A stretch of DNA of 64,000 nt. Origin: a virus. Taxonomy: Duplodnaviria > Caudoviricetes. The DNA lies in the IMG/VR virus record IMGVR_UViG_3300024229_000651. One strand, 5' to 3'. Below are positions 46,659 to 55,277 of this stretch, in pieces (positions within the stretch are counted from its first letter, which is position 1; each line of letters opens with the position of its first letter). The notes beneath the pieces were generated by a model. The model did not search any database. It was given only the letters and a program-made list of their open reading frames with translations, and had not been told where the DNA came from. A program made the translations under genes and the position numbers.

Positions 46659-47885
46659 TTATAAGTTTTTCCAAGTAAATGCGCCAAAGAACATTTCATC
46701 CTCCGACATTTGTCCCCACGGAACATCTCTGCTAGGATCCGGGTTCATTTTATTCTCAGCCGAGTTGTCAAATGCGCCTTCTACAAACAATCGTGTACCC
46801 ACGGGTAAGAATTTAGGCTCTCTCCATGTGTATGACAGTTGCCAAGCATATTCGTAACGTGGCACATCAATAAGTTCTTCTACAGTGCCGTCTGGGTAGT
46901 ACGCTGTTGCTTTCATACTCTTGCCACGAAAGTGCATGTGTGGTAAAAATGTGTGCAGCATTACATCTTGCTTTAGTACTACTTCTGCTGTCTGTACAAA
47001 GTTAGGATCGTAAGCAGGTATAGTTGTCCAGTTGTTTGGGAAGATACAAGCACAGTCTCCTGCCATTCTTTCTTGTGGTACTACACCTTCATCGTGGAAG
47101 TACAATCCAATCCTTGCTTCGTCAGTTCTTGCTACGCCGTCTGGAGTGTAGTGTAACTGCAAGTTTACAGTACTACCTGCTCGTAACAAGCCGCCAGTAT
47201 TCTCGTCATAAAAGTCTGGATCACCGCCAGGAACATAAGCACTAACAGAAGCATAGTTCATTTCTTCTTGCCCGCCTCCTTGTGTGCCAAGAATGTTAGC
47301 ATTACGCTCGCCTGGTACACTCACAGAGTTTAGCATGTGATGCATTACTGTAGGCTCTGAAGGCAAAAACTCTGAACCACGAAGCCACTTGTCTTCTGTT
47401 AATCCCAAGTCAACACCTACATAGCGATAAGGAATCGCACTAGGACCAGCAGGTATTTCTTGTGCTGGTACATATACAATCATATCAGGTTCGCCGTGTA
47501 CCCACTCAGATGTTGAGTATACCGTTTCTGTTAGTGGGTCTCTGTCACCTTCAACAGGTGCACCTGCATTGATCCATTCAACAATAGTCTCCATTTCTAG
47601 ATGACTAAGTGTACGGTGGTTGATAATATCCTTTGCATACTTGCGATCAATCTGTCCAGGCGGCATTTCCAATGTTGTAACTGCTTCTTTAATGGCAGGT
47701 GCAAACGCTTGAAGCATCCTATAATCAGTCATTGCCCAAGGAGCAATGCCCCCTTCTCTGTGACAGCTTTGACATTGCTCTACAAAGATTGGTGCTACGT
47801 TTTCTGCATAGTCTATAGCAACATCATCGTGTGCATACGCAATAGATGATACCAGACTACCTACTAGCAACATTAATTTTTTCAT
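46659..47885 (-). CDS. Cytochrome c-fused copper type II (PHM/DBH-like) monooxygenase, paralog 2
   Basis: Signal peptide; CQSCH; MHHM, LHY, PHMH, DEMF copper ligands. Confidence 0.8.
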   Translation of the reverse strand: MKKLMLLVGSLVSSIAYAHDDVAIDYAENVAPIFVEQCQSCHREGGIAPWAMTDYRMLQAFAPAIKEAVTTLEMPPGQIDRKYAKDIINHRTLSHLEMETIVEWINAGAPVEGDRDPLTETVYSTSEWVHGEPDMIVYVPAQEIPAGPSAIPYRYVGVDLGLTEDKWLRGSEFLPSEPTVMHHMLNSVSVPGERNANILGTQGGGQEEMNYASVSAYVPGGDPDFYDENTGGLLRAGSTVNLQLHYTPDGVARTDEARIGLYFHDEGVVPQERMAGDCACIFPNNWTTIPAYDPNFVQTAEVVLKQDVMLHTFLPHMHFRGKSMKATAYYPDGTVEELIDVPRYEYAWQLSYTWREPKFLPVGTRLFVEGAFDNSAENKMNPDPSRDVPWGQMSEDEMFFGAFTWKNL

Positions 47886-49140
47886 CTCGTTCCTCTTTTA
47901 GTTTAGTATATCCTTCATCGTCCAGATGTGTAATAGCAAGCCAAGCATGAGTCATTTCGTCTCCTGTTCTTGAACCGCCCATTACCCACATATCAGGATC
48001 TGGATTGTTTGGGTTATTTTCTGTGTTGTCATACCATTGCTTTAGAACAATAACTGCTCCAGCTGGTAGGAGTGGTGCAACATCTGGAGCATATAAATGA
48101 CTGTGATGCCATGTTGCGCTCCAATTACTCACTTGGCTAATCTGTTCTGTGCGTCCTGTCTCAGGATAGAATATTTCCAAACTTGCTGCGTTCATACGCA
48201 AGTGTCCATGTGGTTGAAAACTATCTAGTCTAACTGGATGATCAAAACTGTGGAAGCCTTGTGTCATGTAATAACCATGTGGTGGGATAGTAATATCGTC
48301 CTGGTCTCCTAGGCGATACAAACTTAAATCTTGTTTGTATTTCAGTTGTTCGCTTTCCTCTTCGGTGTATAACCAAAGACCAATCTCTACCACGTTGTCT
48401 TTGATAACTGATCCTGGTGCCATTGCGCCAAGTCCACCTGGGAACATGTGAATGTCCCACGACACTTCTGCGTTTGCTGGGATCGTGCGACATACTCCCT
48501 CTGGCACGATCTCTCCCCACTTTCCCATAGCGTACTCAGTGAGCATGCCTTCACGCCCTTCTGCGGTGATGATGGAAGAGTTAGCATGATGTACTACTGA
48601 CTTAGCATTACCACGTGGCTTTACTTGTACTGCTTTAATGCACCTCTCCTCAGTTAGTCCTGTTGGGACTAAATGCTTATGCCATAAGTCATTACCGTTT
48701 GCTGGAATGTCAATAGCAACTGAAGGTATGATTGCATCTGGTGCACCGAAGTCACCCTCAAAATTCCATGCTTCCAAGTCTTTCATTGGTGGTGCTTGTA
48801 CAACAGTATCAGGATCGCCGTACTGTGAGCCTGCATTAACCCATGCAACAACAGTGTCGATGTCGTCTTGTGATAAACGCCAATCGCCTTGTAGGTCTTG
48901 AATGCCAATACCGTGATCGTATGCATAAGGAGGCATTTCTCTGTTTGCTACACGCATCTGTATTAGTGGAGCCCAAGGTCTTACTTGCTCGTATGTTTCA
49001 AAGCTCATTGGTCCAATGCCGCCTGCTCTGTGACATACTACACAATTGTTGTTGATAATTTTTGCGACTTCTGCTGTGTACGTTTGCGCAGTCGCAAAAA
49101 CGGGTAGCATCATTAAAAATGCCAACAGTATTCTGTTCAT
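47857..49140 (-). CDS. Cytochrome c-fused copper type II (PHM/DBH-like) monooxygenase, paralog 1
   Basis: Start at MNRILLAF (GAGGA SD); CVVCH; VHHA, IHM, PHGH, DEMT ligands. Confidence 0.8.
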   Translation of the reverse strand: MNRILLAFLMMLPVFATAQTYTAEVAKIINNNCVVCHRAGGIGPMSFETYEQVRPWAPLIQMRVANREMPPYAYDHGIGIQDLQGDWRLSQDDIDTVVAWVNAGSQYGDPDTVVQAPPMKDLEAWNFEGDFGAPDAIIPSVAIDIPANGNDLWHKHLVPTGLTEERCIKAVQVKPRGNAKSVVHHANSSIITAEGREGMLTEYAMGKWGEIVPEGVCRTIPANAEVSWDIHMFPGGLGAMAPGSVIKDNVVEIGLWLYTEEESEQLKYKQDLSLYRLGDQDDITIPPHGYYMTQGFHSFDHPVRLDSFQPHGHLRMNAASLEIFYPETGRTEQISQVSNWSATWHHSHLYAPDVAPLLPAGAVIVLKQWYDNTENNPNNPDPDMWVMGGSRTGDEMTHAWLAITHLDDEGYTKLKEERDEKINVASR

Positions 49141-49165
49141 AAAAAGTTCCTCTGTGGTTACAAAA

Positions 49166-49173
49166 TATTTATA
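49166..49173 (-). promoter_or_regulatory. T4-type late promoter for the monooxygenase pair
   Basis: Exact TATAAATA 25 nt before ATG; a TATAAT also lies just upstream. Confidence 0.55.
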
Positions 49174-49227
49174 TGTATTATACAGAGAAGTTAAGAAAAA
49201 TGTAACCAATGTTACAATTTGTTGCAT

Positions 49228-49512
49228 CTAGGCAGTATAGTAAGGACCTACACGTTTACATTGAAAGCTAATCGAATATCCAGGCTTCGCATATTCCATA
49301 TTTTCCAACCAATAATCAAATGCATGTTGCCGAAAAGAGTCGTTATATTTAGGATCATAATAAAACTGTGTGCAATGGTGATTTTTAACAAATGTCCTAA
49401 CAGTTTTTGACTCTAATACGTCTCCAGAAGACGTACTTAGTACCAGTATTAACGCTGATTCTATATAACCCATATCAAGAAAACTTCTTTTGGAGCCACT
49501 TAAATGTGGCAT
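49228..49512 (-). CDS. Small hypothetical protein
   Basis: 94 aa, two Cys, in curli cluster; start uncertain. Confidence 0.5.
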   Translation of the reverse strand: MPHLSGSKRSFLDMGYIESALILVLSTSSGDVLESKTVRTFVKNHHCTQFYYDPKYNDSFRQHAFDYWLENMEYAKPGYSISFQCKRVGPYYTA

Positions 49513-49765
49513 ATATACTGAGTCCGTAAAATGCTAACACACTCATTGGTAATGCTATGTATGCTAATTCCCACGGTGTTAAGAACAGCACTTGCCAAGT
49601 GAAGTTTGCTACTGCTTCTGCATCACCTAGTCTTTCTGCTATTTCTAATTCACCCTCAAATTCAACACCTGCATCTTCCATCATAGTGATGAGTTCTACG
49701 TATTGATCTTGTGTAAGACATACTTCGTATTCTTCTGCACAGTTGTTGTCGCCGCCGTAGTCCAT
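49475..49765 (-). CDS. Small membrane-anchored hypothetical protein
   Basis: C-terminal hydrophobic helix; TAATG coupling to curlin-like gene. Confidence 0.6.
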   Translation of the reverse strand: MDYGGDNNCAEEYEVCLTQDQYVELITMMEDAGVEFEGELEIAERLGDAEAVANFTWQVLFLTPWELAYIALPMSVLAFYGLSIYATFKWLQKKFS

Positions 49766-50841
49766 TAGTTGCTACCGTTTACTGTTATTGAACATCCTGA
49801 CGAGGTATAACACACACCTGTGATACTGTAAGTGCCTGCTGATGACGTCATGTTTTGTATTAGGTTAAGATTATAAGCACCCGAACCGTATGTTAAATCT
49901 ATGGTTGCTGTTGCCGCATTTCCACCACGTTGGTTAACATCAACACTATGCCCATCGCCATCTAACACAATGTCTGCCCATTTAACACCGCCGTTGCCTC
50001 GTTGATATAAATCAACAGTATTATTGTTACCGCCAATTTCTATAAAGCCATCGTGTCCTGCTTTTCCCATTTGTGTATGTGCTACACTATTACTATCGCC
50101 AGTAATGATATTTACTAAATGATGTCCTGCTCCACCACTTGATCTGTTTGTATCAGTTTGGTAACTTGCTAATGTATTGTTATCCCCAGTCACAGTCCAG
50201 TATGCTTCGTGATCTCCTACTTCATCTGCATCAGTAGTGCCGTCTGAATGTTTGCCTTGCCATATTTTGAGATTGTTGCTGTCTGAATTTGAGTTTATAT
50301 AGGCATATATATAATTGTCATCCTGTCCGTTACCTTGATAAGCATCTATATTATTGTAAGTGCCGCTAAATGATTCAAGATAAGCATAATGACCGTCACC
50401 TGCTTGATAAAGTTGAATAGCATTAGACACGTTACTATTGGTATTGCCTGCTTCTAACCAAGCATAGTTATTATCACCTATTATGTCTGCTTGTAATGAA
50501 ACTGAATTACCGTGAGCATCCATAAACAAATCATTGGAGTCACCGGTTATGTGACCACTTACATTTTGATTACTACCACTTGACCAAAGACCTATATCGT
50601 TAAGGTCGCCGGAAGTGTCGATATCAAGATTCAAATTGGAACTATTTAGAGTAGCCTTTCCAGCTAGTTGTAAATTTTTTACTGTGTTGCCGTAACCTTG
50701 TTGTAGAATATTTAAATTAAGACTGTCGCCAGCTTGATCAATGAGAATAATATTGCTGTTAGCACTTTGCGCATTTACTTGTTGTGTTAACAACATCATA
50801 GACAATATAATATACTGCATGTTGATTAATATTTTATTCAT
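49765..50841 (-). CDS. Curlin-like beta-solenoid repeat protein (long, 358 aa)
   Basis: Signal peptide; repeated Q-x-G and (I/V)xGD(S/N)N units; C-terminal Cys pair. Confidence 0.75.
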   Translation of the reverse strand: MNKILINMQYIILSMMLLTQQVNAQSANSNIILIDQAGDSLNLNILQQGYGNTVKNLQLAGKATLNSSNLNLDIDTSGDLNDIGLWSSGSNQNVSGHITGDSNDLFMDAHGNSVSLQADIIGDNNYAWLEAGNTNSNVSNAIQLYQAGDGHYAYLESFSGTYNNIDAYQGNGQDDNYIYAYINSNSDSNNLKIWQGKHSDGTTDADEVGDHEAYWTVTGDNNTLASYQTDTNRSSGGAGHHLVNIITGDSNSVAHTQMGKAGHDGFIEIGGNNNTVDLYQRGNGGVKWADIVLDGDGHSVDVNQRGGNAATATIDLTYGSGAYNLNLIQNMTSSAGTYSITGVCYTSSGCSITVNGSN

Positions 50842-50842
50842 G

Positions 50843-52006
50843 TTATCCTTGTGTCTGTCTTATAAAAATATTTATGTCTGAACAATTATTTACACAAATA
50901 ATACTTTTCTTGGGCTCTACTTCTGTTTCTATTTTTGTGTTGGACCCAGCTGGTACTCTAATACTTATCTTTCCTTGACCGTCTACTAAACGAATAAACA
51001 ATATACCGTTATCTTCTATAATTGTATTATACATTGTAACTGGATCGAATCCTGGATTTAGCGTACCAGTAATTTTGTCTTGAACTCTTACTGCTAACTT
51101 ATCATCTGATACTGGATCTAAATCTAAGCCGGGCTCCAACACATCAAGTAAGTTCTGCAAGTAGTCAATACCTAAATAGTCAATGTCTAATTCTGTAAAG
51201 GACAGATCTTCCATATTTTCATTCAGCAAATCATTTTCTAAAAAATCCTGATCCAATCCATCAAACGCTAATAAATCCTGGTCCATAGACAATTGTTCTC
51301 GTTGATCATCGACAGCTTGTTCTACTTCTTGTGGTGGTTGTACAATAAACATATTATCGATCATAGATAAATTAAGATTACGTATTACTACAGGCGTAGT
51401 CGGAATGGTTTCAAATGTGCTAACCATAACAGCTTGATACGCCTCGTCAAGTACTTGTGTGCCGCCTTGATTCGATACACTAATGCTCCCGCTAGGAGCG
51501 CATCCTTCTTCTAAGTCAATTCCATCCGTACAATTTTCATCTGGTAATAATATTACCAAACTGCGGCCTAATTCATCTACACTCATAGTAAAATCAGTGC
51601 CTCTAATCCCTATACTTGCTGTCGGTGTCTGTATTGCTATGTTTTCCCGGGGCACTAGACCTAACTTTCCAGTTGCAAATCTTGCTGTCCCTTGCGCAAA
51701 ATTAAGAGCCATTTTACTCTTATTAGGATCAGGGTCGTACACATACTCATTTATTTCTACAACAGTATGCTCGGTCATAGACACTTCAGTGTTATCAACG
51801 AACTGTATTTTGAGCCTACCGTTTTCCGTTTCAACTGTGTCCATAGAAACTATAGGTGCGTTCAAATCGGCAGTAAGTTCCTCACCACCTTGTCTCAGTA
51901 TTTCGCCCGGAGTTCCACTTTGTTCAAACACATCGCCTATTTGTGCTATTGCAATGCTTTGAACTAATAATGTACTAATCAGTAATAGTAATCTGGACTG
52001 TCGCAT
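50843..52006 (-). CDS. FecR-domain protein with acidic C-terminal extension
   Basis: Signal/TM; DTVETENGRLKIQFVDNTEVSM, TPTASIGIRGTDF, GSISV FecR pattern. Confidence 0.8.
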   Translation of the reverse strand: MRQSRLLLLISTLLVQSIAIAQIGDVFEQSGTPGEILRQGGEELTADLNAPIVSMDTVETENGRLKIQFVDNTEVSMTEHTVVEINEYVYDPDPNKSKMALNFAQGTARFATGKLGLVPRENIAIQTPTASIGIRGTDFTMSVDELGRSLVILLPDENCTDGIDLEEGCAPSGSISVSNQGGTQVLDEAYQAVMVSTFETIPTTPVVIRNLNLSMIDNMFIVQPPQEVEQAVDDQREQLSMDQDLLAFDGLDQDFLENDLLNENMEDLSFTELDIDYLGIDYLQNLLDVLEPGLDLDPVSDDKLAVRVQDKITGTLNPGFDPVTMYNTIIEDNGILFIRLVDGQGKISIRVPAGSNTKIETEVEPKKSIICVNNCSDINIFIRQTQG

Positions 52007-52703
52007 TATTACTGTCAATGTCTAGATCTATGTGTCCGTAACAACTTGATACGCCAGTTGGGCATGTACCAGAACTCATAAGTATATCAAAATCACCTGC
52101 GTCTCCGTCATGGATTACTTTTAAATACTGATTTGCACCATCAGTTAAACTTGTTAAAAAATTGTTTGTGTCGCCTGTCAGGTCAATGTCCCAAGTTGCA
52201 TCGTCGACTTCTATGTCGACATCAAATACGTTTGAATCGCCTATTACTGTCCAGTCCATATCTAAACGTTCTGCGCTAACTACACTAGCTAAGTCAAAGT
52301 CCATCGTGTTGCTGTCACCTGTAATATCAACCAAGATATTAGCGTCATCTGCACTAGCTGCATCTCCGATCAAATTGTTCCATATATTACTGCTACCAGT
52401 AAAAGTCCAATTCAACGTAGAATTATCACTAGTAATATCACCAAAGAACTTGTTGCTGTTACCTACCTGGTCTAAATCCATAGTAATACCAGTACCAGTT
52501 ATAACCAAGTCTGTGCTATCATTTTCGTCACCGGAGATTTTATTTCCGTAACCGTCTTGTATGATTGTCAACGTCAATGTATTACCCACTTGCTCGATTA
52601 GTATTTCATTGTCTGTTGTTCCTGCTGCAGCAATTGCAAAATTAGCTACACCTAACAAACAAACAGCAAGCACTGTTGCTATTTTGTTAATTTGTTTTTT
52701 CAT
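51975..52703 (-). CDS. Curlin-like beta-solenoid repeat protein (short, 242 aa)
   Basis: Signal peptide; IEQVGN..IIQDGYGN, LDQVGNSN, ITGDSN, VIGDSN, LTGDTN. Confidence 0.7.
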   Translation of the reverse strand: MKKQINKIATVLAVCLLGVANFAIAAAGTTDNEILIEQVGNTLTLTIIQDGYGNKISGDENDSTDLVITGTGITMDLDQVGNSNKFFGDITSDNSTLNWTFTGSSNIWNNLIGDAASADDANILVDITGDSNTMDFDLASVVSAERLDMDWTVIGDSNVFDVDIEVDDATWDIDLTGDTNNFLTSLTDGANQYLKVIHDGDAGDFDILMSSGTCPTGVSSCYGHIDLDIDSNNATVQITITD

Positions 52704-52716
52704 AATAATGTCCTTG

Positions 52717-53622
52717 TTATTTTTTCTCTGCGATCTCGTCTATAGTAGTATCCACTGGTTGCTCGTTATCATATTCGATTTTCCAGAATCCTCGTTCATC
52801 GCCTTGTTCTATAAGGGCTAACACCGCGGCTTCTATAGCACTACGTACTGCCCAAGTCGTACTTTCGTTTTGTGTCATGCCTGTTTCTAGCTCGATCAGT
52901 TTTGTATCCATATCTACGAATCGGAATACATCTCCTGCTAGTCCAACAGACAAAATAGTTTTGTATGTCTGTACATTCAATATAACTTCGCCAGTTAGTG
53001 TACTAACTGCTCGCAGAGACACTGTTACAGAATCTCGTCTATACTGATTAGTTGTTCCTATGCCTAAGTATCTGGCGCCGTTTCCGCCTGTTTCTATGTT
53101 TGTGTCGTAGCCAACTACGCCGCCTTCGAATAACATGCCGGCGAATAACATTGGTTGTAATGCTTGCTGTTCTTCTCCTGTGGCTTTTTCGTAATCCTGT
53201 CGTGTGCTCCGTATAATTTGACGCTCTCTTATCAAATTATCTAAACTCATGCCACGTTCAACTACACGGAACCAGGTGCCGTTTCCGGTGTCGCCTGCTC
53301 CAGCTGCCTTAAGAGCATCAATTAACAACTCTTTGGCACCTTGTGTAACTGCTGTACTAAAACTCTGTCCGCTGTCAGACGCTTTCCGTTGACCAGTTAA
53401 ATCTGCGAAAGTATAAATTGCGACCACCGGTTGAGTTTCGGCCGGAGGCAATTCCCTTAATTTTTTATATGTAGGTAATTCTACTTGCTGAGGGGGTTCT
53501 ATACATTCTTGTTTAGGATTTTTTTCCCAACACCATTCCGCAGACAACTTTCCAGGGAAAGACGTGCTGGCACATCCTGACAAAAATACAAGTATAAAAC
53601 TTGCTACTATTAAACGTGTCAT
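52717..53622 (-). CDS. csgG: Curli secretion channel CsgG homolog (lipoprotein)
   Basis: Lipobox LSGC; VAIYTFADLTGQRK, FSTAVTQG, WFRVVER, NLIRERQIIR, EGGVVGYD, GIG....YRRD, IETG...NE. Confidence 0.92.
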   Translation of the reverse strand: MTRLIVASFILVFLSGCASTSFPGKLSAEWCWEKNPKQECIEPPQQVELPTYKKLRELPPAETQPVVAIYTFADLTGQRKASDSGQSFSTAVTQGAKELLIDALKAAGAGDTGNGTWFRVVERGMSLDNLIRERQIIRSTRQDYEKATGEEQQALQPMLFAGMLFEGGVVGYDTNIETGGNGARYLGIGTTNQYRRDSVTVSLRAVSTLTGEVILNVQTYKTILSVGLAGDVFRFVDMDTKLIELETGMTQNESTTWAVRSAIEAAVLALIEQGDERGFWKIEYDNEQPVDTTIDEIAEKK

Positions 53623-54173
53623 CCGCCTAAATTCCCTACACCAACTGGTATGTCAATAGTAGTTGTCGACCCGTCCTCGGCAACAATAGTCATACGTATG
53701 ATAGCGATGCCATCTTCTCCTAGCATCCTTTCATAAGTTACTGTATTTCCTTCAATAGTAAACACGCCATAGTCGGCGCCTTCCTCGTTGCCGAACATCT
53801 GATCTACTAACTGTCGTGATATTTGACTGTAAATTCTGCTTTCTAAGTTTCTTAAAAACTTATTTAATGTCGAGTTTTCTTCTTCACGTTCTGCGTCTCT
53901 TAATGCAGATTCAATATCGTCTTTGATTTGCTCTCGCCTAGAACGTTCCTGATTTTCAATCGTCAGGTAGTGTGCGCCGGTGCCTATCCCATTAAAACTC
54001 GGTGATTTGAATCTGTGTGTTAATTGATCTGCAAGAGCCAACGGACTCATCACAAGCAACCCGATTATTAGTCCTACAATAAATGCCTTAAACAAATCCT
54101 TACCAGTCCATATGTGCGGGCCGGTAGCTGCTTTAAGCATTTCCCAATCTCTGTTAGTCATTTGTATCCCCAA
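53619..54173 (-). CDS. csgF: CsgF homolog (likely start at ATG 54161)
   Basis: Hydrophobic segment then DQLTHRFKSPSFNG (cf. CsgF F.F.NP.FGG); directly upstream of csgG. Confidence 0.72.
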   Translation of the reverse strand: MGIQMTNRDWEMLKAATGPHIWTGKDLFKAFIVGLIIGLLVMSPLALADQLTHRFKSPSFNGIGTGAHYLTIENQERSRREQIKDDIESALRDAEREEENSTLNKFLRNLESRIYSQISRQLVDQMFGNEEGADYGVFTIEGNTVTYERMLGEDGIAIIRMTIVAEDGSTTTIDIPVGVGNLGG

Positions 54174-54269
54174 TTATAGTAGAAGTAAACCTATTCCAAA
54201 TCCTATATTGAGCCCAATTGAACAGACTAAAATAAAATCTTTAGAAAAAGAATACGGTGTTAACTCCAC
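54174..54269 (-). CDS. Putative 31-aa membrane peptide
   Basis: GTG start, MELTPYSFSKDFILVCSIGLNIGFGIGLLLL; fills the gap exactly. Confidence 0.4.
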   Translation of the reverse strand: MELTPYSFSKDFILVCSIGLNIGFGIGLLLL

Positions 54270-54276
54270 TATCTCA

Positions 54277-54582
54277 TTATTGTGTGTCATTAGTTGTTTT
54301 CTCCGTTCTTCTAGATTTCTCTAGAAATTCCTCTTTGAGCTTATCCCTAGCCCTATACTCTAAAACAACATTTACTTTTTGTTGTAAGCGTATCATATCT
54401 TGATCTAGCATACGAGTTTTGTCTATGACCTTAATTAATGCCATGTGCATTTCTTCTAATGCTGGGTCGATATGTTCTCCAATAAAATTCCAGATAAAAT
54501 ATATAAAATATCCTAACCCTACCATCATTACTATGGGAAATCCATAGTCACTTATTAATTGTGCAATGCCTGCTTGTTCCAT
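54277..54582 (-). CDS. Single-TM coiled-coil protein (YvrJ/holin-like), paralog 2
   Basis: ISDYGFPIVMMVGLGYFIYFIW then amphipathic helix. Confidence 0.6.
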   Translation of the reverse strand: MEQAGIAQLISDYGFPIVMMVGLGYFIYFIWNFIGEHIDPALEEMHMALIKVIDKTRMLDQDMIRLQQKVNVVLEYRARDKLKEEFLEKSRRTEKTTNDTQ

Positions 54583-54777
54583 TTAAATCTCAATGTGTTC
54601 GATCTTAGTAAGATCAATTTTTCTAAGTGTTACTTCTTTTGTGACTGGATCCACAAAAGACATAAATCCTTCTCCAGGTTTAATACCTAATTTATCTGCT
54701 TCCAACTCCTCAAAAGTAATTGAACCTGCTTCATCCAGCATGATCGAGTACTCTAAAAATCTACATGCTTTCGCCAT
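54583..54777 (-). CDS. Small protein, possibly AbrB-like swapped hairpin
   Basis: GSITF...KLGIKPGE pattern. Confidence 0.45.
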   Translation of the reverse strand: MAKACRFLEYSIMLDEAGSITFEELEADKLGIKPGEGFMSFVDPVTKEVTLRKIDLTKIEHIEI

Positions 54778-55073
54778 TAGTCTCTCCTCACATCTATTTT
54801 GCCATCTTCCACAAAATTTTCTGCTCGCGATATACGTTCGATATCAGGCTTTAACTCTAGTGCACTACTAACTAATAAATCAATTTTCATCATTTCATTA
54901 CTCATAGTCGTGGCGCGGTTTTCTAAGCCTTTGCAAAATATAGTGAGCGTTTTAACTTGTTCGACAATACCTTCCATAATTTGTCGAATCACAAGGAATA
55001 TGAAGAAGCCCATTACTAATGAGCCGGCTATGGGAGCGCCAACTTGGGCGATTAAATCAAATATTTCTGTCAC
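54777..55073 (-). CDS. Single-TM coiled-coil protein (YvrJ/holin-like), paralog 1
   Basis: IAQVGAPIAGSLVMGFFIFLVI; GTG start after AGGTGAG. Confidence 0.6.
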   Translation of the reverse strand: MTEIFDLIAQVGAPIAGSLVMGFFIFLVIRQIMEGIVEQVKTLTIFCKGLENRATTMSNEMMKIDLLVSSALELKPDIERISRAENFVEDGKIDVRRD

Positions 55074-55158
55074 AATAGTACATCTCACCTGTTTGTGTTT
55101 TTTGTTTATAGGTGTAAGTGTATGTGTATTATGTTTTCAGTGTGTTATCCTACGTTTA

Positions 55159-55166
55159 TATTTATC
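55159..55166 (-). promoter_or_regulatory. Late-promoter motif heading the curli-like operon
   Basis: GATAAATA just downstream of the fibre terminator. Confidence 0.6.
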
Positions 55167-55208
55167 TTAAAACAACGAAACACTACTTTTTCCGTCGGTG
55201 CTGAAACC

Positions 55209-55235
55209 AAAAAAAGAGGGCCGAAGCCCTCTTTT
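55209..55235 (-). terminator. Intrinsic terminator after fibre gene
   Basis: AAAAGAGGGC-TTCG-GCCCTCTTTTTTT (C-UUCG-G loop). Confidence 0.9.
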
Positions 55236-55277
55236 GGTGTGCAAGTAACTGCACGGTTCCTAAGGTAGTAGGAATTC

